Assembly: GCF_013122565.1 (NCBI RefSeq) | Contig: NZ_CP053258.1 | From: Escherichia coli | GTDB taxonomy: Bacteria > Pseudomonadota > Gammaproteobacteria > Enterobacterales > Enterobacteriaceae | DNA: 64,000 nt | Direction: 5' to 3' (one strand) | Shown here: positions 50,473 to 61,857 of the stretch, in pieces | How the letters are laid out: each line of letters begins with the position of its first letter | Numbering within the stretch: position 1 is the stretch's first letter | Position numbers and translations under genes: made by a program | The notes under the pieces: model-generated | Database searches by the model: none | What the model was told of the DNA's origin: nothing | The model's input: only the letters and a program-made list of their open reading frames with translations

Positions 50473-51225
50473 TTACAGATCGACACTGCCAGGCAGGATC
50501 ACTAAATCTCGCACGGTGACATTTTTCGAGCGGGTCACCATAAACAATACTGATTCCGCCACTTCAATCGGTTGCATCAGGCTACCATTTGCCAGGGCTT
50601 CTTCCATTTTGGCTTTTGGCCAGTCATCAAGCAGGGCAGTGACTACTGGTCCTGGCAGCACCGCACCCACACGCACGCCATATTGAGAAACCTGGCGGCG
50701 GGTAGTGTGTACGAATGCCTGAACGGCAAATTTGGACGCGGTGTAGATCGGTTCCCAGATAACCGGAACGACGCCCGCGATGGAACTGGTAAAAATTATA
50801 TCGCCCGACCTCTGCGCAATCATATGCGGCAGGACTGCACGGACACAGCGAAACGCCGCATTTATATTCAGATTTAACACACGATCCCAGACATCTGGAT
50901 CACCTTCAGCCACTGGGCCGCCAATATAAGCGCCTGCATTGGCATGAAAAATATCCAGCCCACCCGCCAGTTCGATAATGTCCGCCAGCATGTTATCGAC
51001 TTGCTGATTATTGAAGAGATCGAGTTGCAGCGCGTACGCGTTTTCGCCTAACTCAGCGACAATCTTGTGCAGTTTGTCGCCTTCCCGGTCAATCAATACT
51101 ACCTTTGCTCCTGCATCGAGCAGCGTTTTTGCACATTGCAGGCCAATACCTGACGCAGCGCCAGTGATAGCTGCAACTTTGCCATTAAGGGGAGTATTCA
51201 TAGAGGGCACAGAGTGATTCATCAT
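50473..51225 (-). CDS. rbtD: Ribitol 2-dehydrogenase (short-chain dehydrogenase/reductase)
   Basis: SDR Rossmann motif GAASGIG; sequence closely resembles Klebsiella RbtD as I recall it. Confidence 0.8.
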   Translation of the reverse strand: MMNHSVPSMNTPLNGKVAAITGAASGIGLQCAKTLLDAGAKVVLIDREGDKLHKIVAELGENAYALQLDLFNNQQVDNMLADIIELAGGLDIFHANAGAYIGGPVAEGDPDVWDRVLNLNINAAFRCVRAVLPHMIAQRSGDIIFTSSIAGVVPVIWEPIYTASKFAVQAFVHTTRRQVSQYGVRVGAVLPGPVVTALLDDWPKAKMEEALANGSLMQPIEVAESVLFMVTRSKNVTVRDLVILPGSVDL

Positions 51226-51383
51226 ATAATCCTTTTACCAGGGCGAATTTATAGTCTCTGTTTGCTTGCACGCACTGAACGGGAATTTAGCTGCCGTGTG
51301 AAGCAAACTGCTCAATCGATGAAGCAGATCTAGCACTTGCTTAAATTCTCAGCAAGAGACATTCAAAATGAAGAGGCAAATTT

Positions 51384-52415
51384 GTGACAAGCGTTGAGAA
51401 AACGAAGAAAACGACCATTTACGACCTGGCAGAATTAACCGGCGTTTCTGCCAGTGCGGTAAGCGCTATTTTGAATGGCAACTGGAAAAAGCGACGCATC
51501 AGCGCAAAGCTGGCTGAGAAGGTCACCCGTATTGCGGAAGAGCAGGGATATGCCATTAATCGGCAGGCAAGTTTACTGCGCAGTAAAAAATCCAACGTTA
51601 TTGGCATGATTGTGCCGAAATATGACAACCGATACTTTGGATCGATTGCCGAAAAATTTGAAGAGATGGCGCGTGCCAGAGGATTACTGCCAATCATCAC
51701 CTGTACGCGGCGACAGCCAGAACTGGAAATTGAGGCTGCTCGCGCCATGCTCTCCTGGCAGGTGGATTGGGTCATTGCTACCGGAGCGACTCAACCGGAT
51801 AAAATAGCCCAAATGTGCCAGCAAGCGGGCGTACCGACACTGAATCTGGATCTGCCGGGAACACTGGCGCCGTCGATCATTTCTGATAACTATATGGGGG
51901 CGAAATTATTGACGGAAAGAATTTTAGCCAACAGCCAGAAACGCTATGGCAAGCTGGCACCTTTGACTTTTGTCGGTGGACGTATAAGCGATAACAATAC
52001 TGCTGAACGTTTACGTGGTTTTGTCGATGCCCATCAGGCTTTGGGGATAACCGTACCGGATGAACATAAACTGGTTACCGGCTACTCTTCTGCTCGCGTA
52101 GAGGGATTACTGAAAGAGGTCTTCCAAAGCTCTGCAGTATCGCTTCACGGGTTATTCGTCAACTCGACAATCTCTCTTGAAGGGGTGGTTCGCTGGCTGG
52201 CGCAAACCGGGCAGACGGGAGCCAATCAACCGCCAATGGGGTGTTTTGACTGGGATCCTTTTGTTTCTCTGCTCGGGCACGATATCGATATGGTTCGTCA
52301 GGATGTACCCGCCATGCTCGAAAAAGTGTTTGAAATTGTGGATTCTGGCGATACCACCCTGCGTCGCATTGAGATACCGCCACAACTCATTCCGAGCCTG
52401 AATGTTGTCAGCTGA
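51384..52415 (+). CDS. LacI-family transcriptional regulator, divergent from rbtD (putative ribitol operon regulator)
   Basis: N-terminal HTH (TIYDLAELTGVSASAVSAILNG), periplasmic-binding-fold C-terminus; GTG start at 51384. Confidence 0.7.
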   Translation: MTSVEKTKKTTIYDLAELTGVSASAVSAILNGNWKKRRISAKLAEKVTRIAEEQGYAINRQASLLRSKKSNVIGMIVPKYDNRYFGSIAEKFEEMARARGLLPIITCTRRQPELEIEAARAMLSWQVDWVIATGATQPDKIAQMCQQAGVPTLNLDLPGTLAPSIISDNYMGAKLLTERILANSQKRYGKLAPLTFVGGRISDNNTAERLRGFVDAHQALGITVPDEHKLVTGYSSARVEGLLKEVFQSSAVSLHGLFVNSTISLEGVVRWLAQTGQTGANQPPMGCFDWDPFVSLLGHDIDMVRQDVPAMLEKVFEIVDSGDTTLRRIEIPPQLIPSLNVVS

Positions 52416-52417
52416 GA

Positions 52418-53359
52418 TTAACGTGTCAGCAACCAGCGTGCGGTGTGTTCATCGGTGACCAGACCGTTGATCCACCCACCTTTTAATGCTGCGAGGATCG
52501 CCGGACGTTTATCCTCACCACAGGCAGCTGCGATACGTGGGCAGTTGCTTTCGCGGATATCATGGCTAGTGATCATCTGGTTGATCTGGCTTTCCACAAC
52601 ATTGCCTTCAGCATCAATAAAGCGTCCGAGGATTTCACCAACGCCTCCGCGTGCTGTTAACTCTTCCAGTTGCTGCTCATCAATAAAGCCATCTTTGAAG
52701 ATAGGGCTTTGACGACCTAAAGCACCAATACCCACGAAAATAACATCAGAGTCACGCGCTACGGTAGAGACGTTGCGGAACAATCGATTGGTTGACCACA
52801 TTTGGTACTCTTCGCGGGACTGAGCATAGCGTGGAGCTGGCCACTGGTAATATTTTCCCTGAATTTTTCTCGCCAAAAGCAGCGGTACGTCGTCGTAATA
52901 GTTACATTGCCCGTGTTCATTCATGGCGCTAATCAGCGCCACACAGCGGGTATTCTGACTATCAAAATCGATACGTTTAATGGTTTTCTTCAACGTTAAG
53001 CCAGAACCAATACCAACGATGGTCGGTTTGTCACCCTGTAAGTAACGCGCCATCAGTTGATAACAGCCAAATGTCACGCTGTCGAGCGTACTTTCAATAC
53101 TGTAAACCGGCATAATATTGCAGTCGGTTAATTGGTACTTTTCCTTTAACAGTTGGGCATAATCGAGACAGTTGGCAACCGGATGATGCAATCCAATCGA
53201 CACAATCCCTTCGTCTTTCGCTGCTGCTATCAGGCGTTGAACCACTGGCCGTGAAGTACCTAACTGACTTGCGATTTCACTCTGATTAAGCCCGGCAATG
53301 TAGTACATCCATGCCGCCCGTACTTTTTGATCGAGCCTGATGTCATCTTCTTTGTTCAC
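52418..53359 (-). CDS. SorC/DeoR-type sugar-binding transcriptional regulator, divergent from dalD (putative arabinitol operon repressor)
   Basis: N-terminal HTH (LNQSEIASQLGTSRPVVQRLI) plus sugar-binding domain. Confidence 0.7.
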   Translation of the reverse strand: MNKEDDIRLDQKVRAAWMYYIAGLNQSEIASQLGTSRPVVQRLIAAAKDEGIVSIGLHHPVANCLDYAQLLKEKYQLTDCNIMPVYSIESTLDSVTFGCYQLMARYLQGDKPTIVGIGSGLTLKKTIKRIDFDSQNTRCVALISAMNEHGQCNYYDDVPLLLARKIQGKYYQWPAPRYAQSREEYQMWSTNRLFRNVSTVARDSDVIFVGIGALGRQSPIFKDGFIDEQQLEELTARGGVGEILGRFIDAEGNVVESQINQMITSHDIRESNCPRIAAACGEDKRPAILAALKGGWINGLVTDEHTARWLLTR

Positions 53360-53571
53360 GTTTCCCTACCTCAAAAGTGGCGTGCGGAATCGTGAAAATC
53401 CCGCAACTGATTAGCGTCATTTTGGCCATAGCTTTACCGCGAGGCAAGTTTATTGCTTTGATTTGGTCATTTGTAATTTTTTTGGTCAATTGTTCTTTTG
53501 TGATCTAACGCTCTTAATTAACTCAAATGTTCGATTACAGTTCAGCCATAACGTCAATGGAGAACGAAACA

Positions 53572-54939
53572 ATGAACGAACAATTTACATGGCTGCACAT
53601 CGGGTTAGGTTCTTTTCATCGCGCACATCAGGCGTGGTATCTACACCGTTTGCAGGTGATGGGCGATAAACGCTGGAGCATTGCTGCGGGCAATATTCGT
53701 AATGATGCTGAACATGTCGTACAGGCACTCAGTGCACAGAAAGGTCGCTATGTGCTGGAAACCGTCAGCCCGGAAGGGGTAAGCGAATATGAAGAGATCA
53801 CCTCAATTCAGAAGTTGATACCGTGGCAGGCAGATTTACAACCGCTGATTGCTGAAGGGGCAGATCCGAAGACAAAAGTGATTGCTTTCACCGTCACCGA
53901 AGGCGGGTACTACCTGAATACCAGTCACAAACTGGAAGTTAACAATCCTGATTTAGCGGCAGATCTTAAAGGGGGATGCAAAACAATTTACGGTGTTATT
54001 ACCCGTATCCTCGAAGCGCGTATGGCAAATAACGCCGGACCACTAACCCTGCTGAATTGCGATAACGTGCGCCATAATGGTGAACGTTTCCATGATGGCC
54101 TGGTTGAGTTTCTCCAGCTAACTGGCAAACAGGATGTCATCGACTGGCTGAGTACAAATACCACTTGCCCGAATACCATGGTTGACCGCATTACGCCTCG
54201 TCCGGCAGCAGAACTTCCGGCACGGATCAAGGCTCAAACGGGTATTGCCGATAAAGCGCCGGTAATGGGCGAAACCTTTATCCAGTGGGTCGTGGAAGAT
54301 AATTTCCGTGATGTCCGTCCGGCACTGGAGAAGGTCGGTGTCGAACTGGTGGCGTCGGTAATCCCCTATGAAGAGGCGAAGATTCGCATTCTTAACTCTT
54401 CACACAGTTGCATCGCCTGGGCAGGTACGTTAATCGGTCAAAAATATATCCACGAAAGCACAATGACCGATTTTATCTATCAGATTGCCGACCGCTACGT
54501 GACGGAAGATGTCATTCCTTGCCTGGGCGATAACGGTATCGATTTGCCAACCTACCGTGATGTTGTACTCAAGCGTTTTACCAATCCACATATTCAGGAC
54601 ACCAACCAACGCGTCGCTGCGGATGGTTTCTCGAAAATTCCGGCGATGATTGCCCCCACACTGCGAGAGTGCTACCAGCGAGGCGTTCGCCCGAATGCCA
54701 CCGCCATGTTACCTGCACTGTTTTACGTATTCATGGAGCAGTGGCATCACGGCAAACTGCCCTATGAATATCAGGATGGCATCCTTGATGCACCAGCTGT
54801 CCATGCAATGTTCCAGTCTGCCGATCCCGTCGCTGTTTATGCCAGTGATAAAGCGCTGTTTGGCGATTTAACCGAACGTGAAGATTTTGCCGCGTTGTTG
54901 CGCGAAAAAATCGCTGACGTCTACGCGTTAATTAACTAA
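53572..54939 (+). CDS. dalD: D-arabinitol 4-dehydrogenase (mannitol dehydrogenase family)
   Basis: N-terminus [23 protein letters not shown] typical of the mannitol/arabinitol dehydrogenase family; TGGAGAA SD. Confidence 0.8.
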   Translation: MNEQFTWLHIGLGSFHRAHQAWYLHRLQVMGDKRWSIAAGNIRNDAEHVVQALSAQKGRYVLETVSPEGVSEYEEITSIQKLIPWQADLQPLIAEGADPKTKVIAFTVTEGGYYLNTSHKLEVNNPDLAADLKGGCKTIYGVITRILEARMANNAGPLTLLNCDNVRHNGERFHDGLVEFLQLTGKQDVIDWLSTNTTCPNTMVDRITPRPAAELPARIKAQTGIADKAPVMGETFIQWVVEDNFRDVRPALEKVGVELVASVIPYEEAKIRILNSSHSCIAWAGTLIGQKYIHESTMTDFIYQIADRYVTEDVIPCLGDNGIDLPTYRDVVLKRFTNPHIQDTNQRVAADGFSKIPAMIAPTLRECYQRGVRPNATAMLPALFYVFMEQWHHGKLPYEYQDGILDAPAVHAMFQSADPVAVYASDKALFGDLTEREDFAALLREKIADVYALIN

Positions 54940-54952
54940 CCAGGAGGCGGTT

Positions 54953-56416
54953 ATGTATCTGGGTATCGATCTGGGCACATCGGAAGTTAAGGCGCTGGTC
55001 ATTGATGAAAACAATGAAATTGTTGCCACCCATAGTGCGCCGCTGACCATTCAGCGGCCCCATCCACACTGGTCAGAACAATCGCCGCAAGCCTGGTGGG
55101 AAGCGACGGAATATTTAATGTCGACCCTGCGGGAAAAATGCGGTCACCACTGGCAGGCGATCAAAGCCATTGGCCTTTCTGGTCAAATGCATGGTGCCGT
55201 CCTGTTGGATGAAAAAGGAGAGGCGATTCGTCCGGCGATTTTATGGAACGACACCCGCAGTGCGCAGGAGTGTGCGGAGCTGGAAGAGATCGCACCAGAG
55301 TTGCATCAGGTAGCGGGAAACCTGGCGATGCCTGGATTTACCGCCCCCAAATTGCTATGGGTACGGCGCCATGAGCCGCAGCATTTTGCGCGCATTTCCA
55401 CCGTTTTACTGCCGAAAGACTATTTGCGTTTCAAAATGACCGGCCAAAAGATTTCCGATATGTCGGATTCTGCTGGCACGTTGTGGCTCGACGTGGAAAA
55501 ACGCGACTGGTCAGATTCGTTGCTGGAAAAATGTGGCCTGACACGGGCGAATATGCCGGAACTGGTGGAAGGTTGTGACGTTTCTGCCACTCTTTCCCCT
55601 GAAGTTGCCAGCCGTTGGGGGCTGACATCTTCGGTTGTAGTTGCTGGTGGCGGTGGCGATAACGCCGTGAGCGCAATTGGTGTGGGGGCCGTTTCTCCCG
55701 GAGATGCGTTTATTTCTTTGGGAACTTCCGGGGTGTTGTTTGTGGTGACAGATGCCTATCGTCCTGCGCCGCAATCAGCAGTCCATGCTTTCTGTCACGT
55801 ACTACCGAATTTATGGCACCAGATGAGTGTAATGCTCAGTGCCGCCAGTTGTCTGCAATGGTTCTGCCGTCTGGTGGGGGTAACGGAAACAGAGTTACTG
55901 GAAGAGATTACCCAACTTTCTGATGCAGACAAAGCCAGTGCACCGATGTTCCTCCCGTATCTTTCTGGTGAACGTACGCCACATAACGATCCTCATGCCC
56001 GGGGATTGTTCTGGGGGCTGACACACTCCAGTCAGCGTGCGCTAATGGGATATGCAGTGCTGGAAGGCGTCAGCTTTGGTATTGCCGATGGGCTGCGAGT
56101 CCTGCAAGAAAGCGGTACGGCAATTGAGCAATGCTCGCTGGTAGGTGGGGGGGCGAGAAGTCCATTCTGGGCGCAGTTACTGGCCGATATTCTCGATATG
56201 CCAGTGGTGACGCATAAAGGCGGTGAAACGGGTGGGGCGCTGGGAGCCGCGCGTCTGGCCTGTCTTGCTGCGGGAAAACCACTGGCGGCAGTGTGTGAAA
56301 AACCTGAAATCTTCAAAACCTGGCGCAGCGATCCTGAACGTCATAAGGCGCTGATGCAACGATATCAGCAGTTTACTGCGCTGTATCACAACGACCTGAA
56401 CTATCGCAATCAATAA
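54953..56416 (+). CDS. dalK: Xylulokinase (FGGY family)
   Basis: MYLGIDLGTSEVKALV N-terminus; CAGGAGG SD. Confidence 0.8.
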   Translation: MYLGIDLGTSEVKALVIDENNEIVATHSAPLTIQRPHPHWSEQSPQAWWEATEYLMSTLREKCGHHWQAIKAIGLSGQMHGAVLLDEKGEAIRPAILWNDTRSAQECAELEEIAPELHQVAGNLAMPGFTAPKLLWVRRHEPQHFARISTVLLPKDYLRFKMTGQKISDMSDSAGTLWLDVEKRDWSDSLLEKCGLTRANMPELVEGCDVSATLSPEVASRWGLTSSVVVAGGGGDNAVSAIGVGAVSPGDAFISLGTSGVLFVVTDAYRPAPQSAVHAFCHVLPNLWHQMSVMLSAASCLQWFCRLVGVTETELLEEITQLSDADKASAPMFLPYLSGERTPHNDPHARGLFWGLTHSSQRALMGYAVLEGVSFGIADGLRVLQESGTAIEQCSLVGGGARSPFWAQLLADILDMPVVTHKGGETGGALGAARLACLAAGKPLAAVCEKPEIFKTWRSDPERHKALMQRYQQFTALYHNDLNYRNQ

Positions 56417-56484
56417 CATCTGTCACAAATGCCCTCCGGTGTTTGCACCGGAGCGGCGTTTTGTATCCTACAAACGAGGTCACT

Positions 56485-57762
56485 ATGTCGTTAACAAATA
56501 AACAATGGCTGGGATTACCCTTAAATCTGGTGTGGGGATATATTGCCATTGCCATCTTTATGACCGGAGACGGTTTTGAACTGGCATTCCTGTCGCATTA
56601 CATTAAAGCACTGGGTTTCACGCCTGCAGAAGCCTCCTTTGCCTTTACGCTCTATGGCCTGGCGGCAGCGCTTTCCGCCTGGGTTTCCGGCGTAGTTGCC
56701 GAAATCATTACGCCACAAAAAACCATGTTTATCGGCTTCGTGCTGTGGTGCGTATTTCACGTGCTGTTTCTTGTCTTTGGTCTGGGGCAGGCGAACTATG
56801 GGTTAATCCTGCTGTTTTATGGTATTCGTGGCCTGGCCTATCCGCTGTTCCTCTACGCCTTTATTGTGGCGATTGTCCATAACGTACGCAGTGACAGCAC
56901 CAGTGCTGCGCTGGGCTGGTTCTGGGCAGTTTACTCTATTGGTATCGGCGTATTCGGCAGCTACATCCCCAGTTTTACCATTCCACTTATTGGCGAAATG
57001 GGAACATTATGGCTGGCGCTGGCCTTCTGTGGGGTTGGTGGCGCTGTTGCGTTAATTTCTATGCGCAAAGTAGAAACACCACGCCATATGCAAAACCTCA
57101 CCACAAAAGAGAAGTTTAGCGAACTGGGCCGTGCGGTGACTTTGCTTTATACCAACCGCAATATTTTGCTTTCCAGTATTGTTCGCATTATCAACACCTT
57201 ATCTTTATTCGGATTCGCCGTAATTATGCCGATGATGTTTGTTGATGAGCTGGGCTTTACCACCTCTGAGTGGTTGCAGGTCTGGGCAGTCTTCTTCTTT
57301 ACCACCATCTTCTCTAACGTATTCTGGGGCGTGCTGGCAGAGAAAATGGGCTGGATGAAAGTTGTTCGCTGGTTTGGTTGCGTGGGAATGGCGCTTTCAA
57401 GCCTGGCGTTCTACTACATGCCGCAACATTTCGGTCATAACTTTGCTATGGCGCTGATACCTGCGGTGGCACTGGGGATCTTTGTTGCTGCATTCGTACC
57501 GATGGCAGCCGTTTTCCCGGCACTGGAACCGAAACATAAAGGAGCAGCTATTTCGGTTTATAACCTTTCCGCCGGGTTGTCCAACTTCCTTGCTCCGGCA
57601 ATCGCCGTGGTACTTCTGCCTTATTTCAGTACTATTGGTGTGGTTATCGCTTACACCACCCTGTATGTGATAGCGTTTATTATTTGCCCGTTTATTCGCG
57701 TCGAACAACCGGGATTCTCAAATCAGCAAGTGTGTGAAGGGAAGACCGCCACCATTTCCTGA
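56485..57762 (+). CDS. dalT: MFS polyol transporter (arabinitol transporter-like)
   Basis: Start at MSLTNKQWLGLPL; paralog of 47482..48756. Confidence 0.75.
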   Translation: MSLTNKQWLGLPLNLVWGYIAIAIFMTGDGFELAFLSHYIKALGFTPAEASFAFTLYGLAAALSAWVSGVVAEIITPQKTMFIGFVLWCVFHVLFLVFGLGQANYGLILLFYGIRGLAYPLFLYAFIVAIVHNVRSDSTSAALGWFWAVYSIGIGVFGSYIPSFTIPLIGEMGTLWLALAFCGVGGAVALISMRKVETPRHMQNLTTKEKFSELGRAVTLLYTNRNILLSSIVRIINTLSLFGFAVIMPMMFVDELGFTTSEWLQVWAVFFFTTIFSNVFWGVLAEKMGWMKVVRWFGCVGMALSSLAFYYMPQHFGHNFAMALIPAVALGIFVAAFVPMAAVFPALEPKHKGAAISVYNLSAGLSNFLAPAIAVVLLPYFSTIGVVIAYTTLYVIAFIICPFIRVEQPGFSNQQVCEGKTATIS

Positions 57763-57806
57763 TGACGACAAGCCTGGTGTGGTGCCAGGCTTTATTGCGA
57801 GGAACA

Positions 57807-58460
57807 ATGTTTAATTGTAAAGCAGTCATTTTTGATATGGACGGCGTCATCATTGATTCGGAAGGGTTATGGCGTGAGGCACAAAAGGGAGCACTGGCAA
57901 GGTGGGGCGCATGTGTCAGTGAAGAAGAGTGTATAAGACTGACTAAAGGTAAAAGGCTGGATGAGATTGCCCAAACCTGGTGTGAATATTGTCATTTACA
58001 CATTGAACCCGCACTGTTGGAAAGTGAGATTCGCCGCCTGATCACTACGTTGATTGCCGGGACGGGCGAAGCGATGCCAGGCGTTCAGGACGTGTTATCT
58101 TTTTTGCGCCGGAGTGGCTATCAACTGGCGCTGGCAACCTCTTCATCTTACCAGGTGATCGATGCTGTACTGACAAAACTCAATATTCAGCACTATTTTT
58201 CGGTGATTTGTAGTGCTGATGACGAAAAGCATGGGAAACCACATCCGGCAGTTTATCTTTCTGCACTGCGAGAATTGCAACTGTCTGCTGCAGATTGTTT
58301 GGTTATAGAGGACAGCGTGAGTGGTTTTCAGGCAGCACAGGCGGCAGGAATAAACACCATTGTGGTATCAGAAGATGCCCAACAAACCTGCTTTAATGCG
58401 GCGAGTGCAAGATATTTATCGATGAATGAATTACTGGCAGCGTTAGCCGTAGCTGCGTAA
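57807..58460 (+). CDS. HAD-superfamily hydrolase (phosphatase/beta-phosphoglucomutase-like)
   Basis: AVIFDMDGVIIDS motif at N-terminus; start chosen at MFNCK (ORF begins 57762). Confidence 0.6.
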   Translation: MFNCKAVIFDMDGVIIDSEGLWREAQKGALARWGACVSEEECIRLTKGKRLDEIAQTWCEYCHLHIEPALLESEIRRLITTLIAGTGEAMPGVQDVLSFLRRSGYQLALATSSSYQVIDAVLTKLNIQHYFSVICSADDEKHGKPHPAVYLSALRELQLSAADCLVIEDSVSGFQAAQAAGINTIVVSEDAQQTCFNAASARYLSMNELLAALAVAA

Positions 58461-58533
58461 CAAAAAAGGGTGAGCGCAGAAGATCCCAGGGATGATGCCG
58501 GTCTGCTAATCCTGCTTCTGCGCTTGCTTTTAT

Positions 58534-59433
58534 TTAACGTAAAAGCGGGCAATCTGGTGGCAGACGGCAACGCAACGCTGCCGGAAGTATTTCAATATGA
58601 AAATTTTGCCCACTCAACGGTTCGCCATCAAGATTAAAGGTGATGTCGTGTGGTGCCTGAATATCAAACCACGACGAAGCGCCTTCGATAATATTCGGGT
58701 TATCTTCGTCAGATTTTAAGGTTGATACGAGAGCTGGAAGAATTTCATCGCCGGTAAAAATGCGCAGTTGCAGCAAGCCATCGTTAATTAACGCGTTCGG
58801 ACACAATTGCTGACCGCCACCGGCCTGACGCCCGTTACCAATACCAATGACCAGGGCGTCACCTTGCCAGTGAAAGTTTTCACCGTGGATTTCACAACGG
58901 TCCGGTTGCAGAGTATCCATGCGCATTAAGCCATGAATGATGTAAGAGACGCCACCCAGCGCGGCTTTTAATTTTTCCGGCGTTTCTGTGGTAATACGCG
59001 TCCCAAATCCGCCTGTCGCCATATTAATAAAACAGGTTTGTTTGTTGACCTGCGCCATATCTATCGCAATGGCGTTACCGGCAATTGCCAGTTTCAGCGC
59101 CTTATCCAGTGCCTCAGGAATCCCTACACTGGTGGCAAAATCATTGGCGGTTCCTAATGGCAAAATTCCCAGCGCGGGTATGTCATCCCCCTCACACTGA
59201 ATCAACGCCGTAGAAACTTCATTAATGGTGCCATCGCCACCACCGGCAATCACCGTTGCGACGCCCAACTTCCGGGCCTCCTCTACATATCGTGCGGCAT
59301 CGCCTTTCTCCCAGGTAACCCGCACATGGATCGTCATTCCTTCCTCACGCAACAGCATAATTGCTTCGCGCAAGGGTAGATTGTCAGTACTTTTGCCATT
59401 AAGAATCAGTAAGCTGGCGGGAAATTCTGCCAT
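58534..59433 (-). CDS. yegS: Lipid kinase YegS (299 aa)
   Basis: DAG-kinase-like GGDGT motif; synteny. Confidence 0.9.
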   Translation of the reverse strand: MAEFPASLLILNGKSTDNLPLREAIMLLREEGMTIHVRVTWEKGDAARYVEEARKLGVATVIAGGGDGTINEVSTALIQCEGDDIPALGILPLGTANDFATSVGIPEALDKALKLAIAGNAIAIDMAQVNKQTCFINMATGGFGTRITTETPEKLKAALGGVSYIIHGLMRMDTLQPDRCEIHGENFHWQGDALVIGIGNGRQAGGGQQLCPNALINDGLLQLRIFTGDEILPALVSTLKSDEDNPNIIEGASSWFDIQAPHDITFNLDGEPLSGQNFHIEILPAALRCRLPPDCPLLR

Positions 59434-59846
59434 GATCGTATGTGCCTTTATGATTGGTCTGTAGATAGTGTAGAGCAGAAAAGAAAAGGTGGAGTCAGAA
59501 CAGGATGAAAGTCGGAGGATAAAAAGTCAGTTCAAGTATGGAGGATTCAGTGGTTACCACCAGGAGCTTGCAATGGGAACAGCGAATATTAACGGTAGCC
59601 ACCGATAAATTTCAAAAAAGAGCATATGCCTAATATTCAACCAAACAGTGGCATCTTAAATATACTATTCCAAATATATTAAAGCCCCATGGAGTTACCT
59701 GGAAAGGGCCTTCATGTCTGTAATTCCTACTTATGTAGGAAATGTTGTACAGAACATTTATTATAATCCTATTCAAATATAATAATCAGCCATTATTATA
59801 TTTAAACACTAGAGAGTGTCGTTGGTATTTAATGGGGAAAGGTGAG

Positions 59847-60164
59847 ATGAAAAAGATAGCTGCTATATCATTAATTAGTATTTTTATTATGTCTGGTTGT
59901 GCTGTGCATAATGATGAGACAAGTATCGGTAAATTTGGCCTTGCATATAAAAGTAATATTCAGCGTAAACTCGATAACCAATACTACACCGAAGCCGAAG
60001 CTTCTTTAGCCAGGGGTAGAATATCTGGTGCAGAAAATATAGTAAAAAATGATGCAGCTCATTTCTGTGTTACTCAGGGCAAAAAAATGCAGATAGTTAA
60101 ATTGAAGACAGAAGGTGCAGGATTACATGGCGTCGCTCGTCTGACATTCAAATGTGGAGAGTGA
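59847..60164 (+). CDS. yegR: Small lipoprotein YegR (105 aa)
   Basis: MKKIAAISLISIFIMSGC signal peptide with lipobox; ORF 59742..60164 trimmed. Confidence 0.7.
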   Translation: MKKIAAISLISIFIMSGCAVHNDETSIGKFGLAYKSNIQRKLDNQYYTEAEASLARGRISGAENIVKNDAAHFCVTQGKKMQIVKLKTEGAGLHGVARLTFKCGE

Positions 60165-60322
60165 GAATATTTTTTGGTTAGCGTCAAACATGCGCGTTCT
60201 GGCTGTGCGTAGCCGGAACCTGTGCGAGCACGATGCCGTTACGTGAAAGGCATCGTGCTATGAAGGGAGATTCTATCGATGTGGTCAATGGAAGACGGTG
60301 ACCAGGGATAGGGCTTATGTAC

Positions 60323-60349
60323 AAAAAATAAGCCCGTGTAAGGGAGATT
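60323..60349. mobile_element. P2-type 27-bp attachment core (attL of prophage)
   Basis: AAAAAATAAGCCCGTGTAAGGGAGATT, which I recall as the phage P2 att core, located about 80 bp beyond the 3' end of int. Confidence 0.7.
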
Positions 60350-60428
60350 TAGGGTGTCACCAGTAGGGGCTTTCAACGGTACAATGCGGGTTTGAGCGGC
60401 ATAAATTACCACTGAAAGCCCTTAAACG

Positions 60429-61442
60429 TTACTCTACTGTGGACACTGTGTGGACACTCTCGGCCTCAGTACCACCTCTTAGCGGATTAAGAGAAATGGC
60501 GTCCTGAAGGTACTCTGGCGCAAAATGAGCGTAAACCATAGTTTGCTCAATCCGCGTGTGACCTAGTATCCGTTGTAGCGTGATAATACTTCCTCCATTA
60601 ATCATGAAATGAGTGGCAAAGCTGTGCCTTAGTGCATGTGTGGCTTGCCCCATTGGCAAATCCGGTTTTATTGCTTTCATTGTTCGTCTGAAGCGAGGGT
60701 AATCAGCATCAGGGAATAAAAAACCTCGTTTGTTATCCGCGATCATTTTGGCAACAGCCTCTGAGATCGGGACGGTGCGTGGTTTGTTTGTTTTCGTTTT
60801 AACAAACGTGACGCGGTTATGGATGATATTTTCTGCTTTCAAACGAGCTGCTTCTCCCCAACGTGCTCCAGTACTCAGGCAAAGAATCGCAATCTTTTTG
60901 TTGTCGCCGTCAAGAGCAGCAAGCAGTAAGGCAATTTCTTCCTGCGTGAGATAGCCTGTGTCTGGTTTTTCCTCCTTAAGCCTTTTTGTCCCTCTGATAG
61001 GGTGCTCACCAAAGAATAACTCCGCTTCAATCAGGGCTGTAAACATGCCGCTAATACATGTTAAATCACGATTGATACTCGAAGGTTTAATACCCTGACT
61101 TCTTCGGGTGGCGCAGTACTGGCTGATAAGCGATTTCGTAATTTGAAATGCGCATGGGTCATTCGTTATTTTTGTGAAGATTTCAATTTTTCCAAGATTA
61201 GATTTCCCATGCTCTTCGTGTTTACCCTTTAAATCCCACCAGATCTGTGTCAGCTCCGACAGACGTCGCTTGTCTGTTGGTTTTGATAGCCATTCTTTAT
61301 TGTGGTGGTTGTACAACGTGTATTTCTCGAAAGCGACAGCTTCGCTTTTCTTATCAAACTTCCTACGGATGCGTTTTCCATTACGTCCAGTAGGGCGGAT
61401 GTCCACTTCATATCGACCATCATCGAGTTTTTTGATTGCCAT
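60429..61442 (-). CDS. int: P2-type tyrosine integrase (337 aa)
   Basis: Tyrosine recombinase catalytic residues (R...HxLRHSFATH...Y near C-terminus). Confidence 0.9.
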   Translation of the reverse strand: MAIKKLDDGRYEVDIRPTGRNGKRIRRKFDKKSEAVAFEKYTLYNHHNKEWLSKPTDKRRLSELTQIWWDLKGKHEEHGKSNLGKIEIFTKITNDPCAFQITKSLISQYCATRRSQGIKPSSINRDLTCISGMFTALIEAELFFGEHPIRGTKRLKEEKPDTGYLTQEEIALLLAALDGDNKKIAILCLSTGARWGEAARLKAENIIHNRVTFVKTKTNKPRTVPISEAVAKMIADNKRGFLFPDADYPRFRRTMKAIKPDLPMGQATHALRHSFATHFMINGGSIITLQRILGHTRIEQTMVYAHFAPEYLQDAISLNPLRGGTEAESVHTVSTVE

Positions 61443-61557
61443 CAGAAAACCCTCCGAGTGGTGTGTTTTTTTGCGACTACTAATCGCTTTTTTCGTGGTG
61501 GCTGAAATTTAGCCACCAATAGTAGGCACTTGTGATGAATATATTCACGATGAATTG

Positions 61558-61857
61558 TTAACCAGTCTTTTGACCGGAGTGGGGCGACGTTGTTTCGTTT
61601 TGCCCAAAGTGTGCGAGAGCGGGCGCAATTTGCCCGGACTCAGGAGCGATCTGATTGGTCATGAACCATAAAGTGTATTTGGTGAATTGTGGGGTCTGCA
61701 GGATGTTCATCATGACATCTGTTGGAGGTGTTGAACGACCACTTTCATAGTAACTCAGCGTGCCATACGGAACCCCTGTTAAATCAGCAAGTTGTTGTCT
61801 GCTCAAATACTCTGATTTTCGCATTAAGACTATCTTCTCGCTTATCGTGTTTGACAT
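61558..61857 (-). CDS. P2-type immunity repressor C (99 aa)
   Basis: HTH (LSRQQLADLTGVPYGTLSYYE); divergent from cox. Confidence 0.85.
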   Translation of the reverse strand: MSNTISEKIVLMRKSEYLSRQQLADLTGVPYGTLSYYESGRSTPPTDVMMNILQTPQFTKYTLWFMTNQIAPESGQIAPALAHFGQNETTSPHSGQKTG

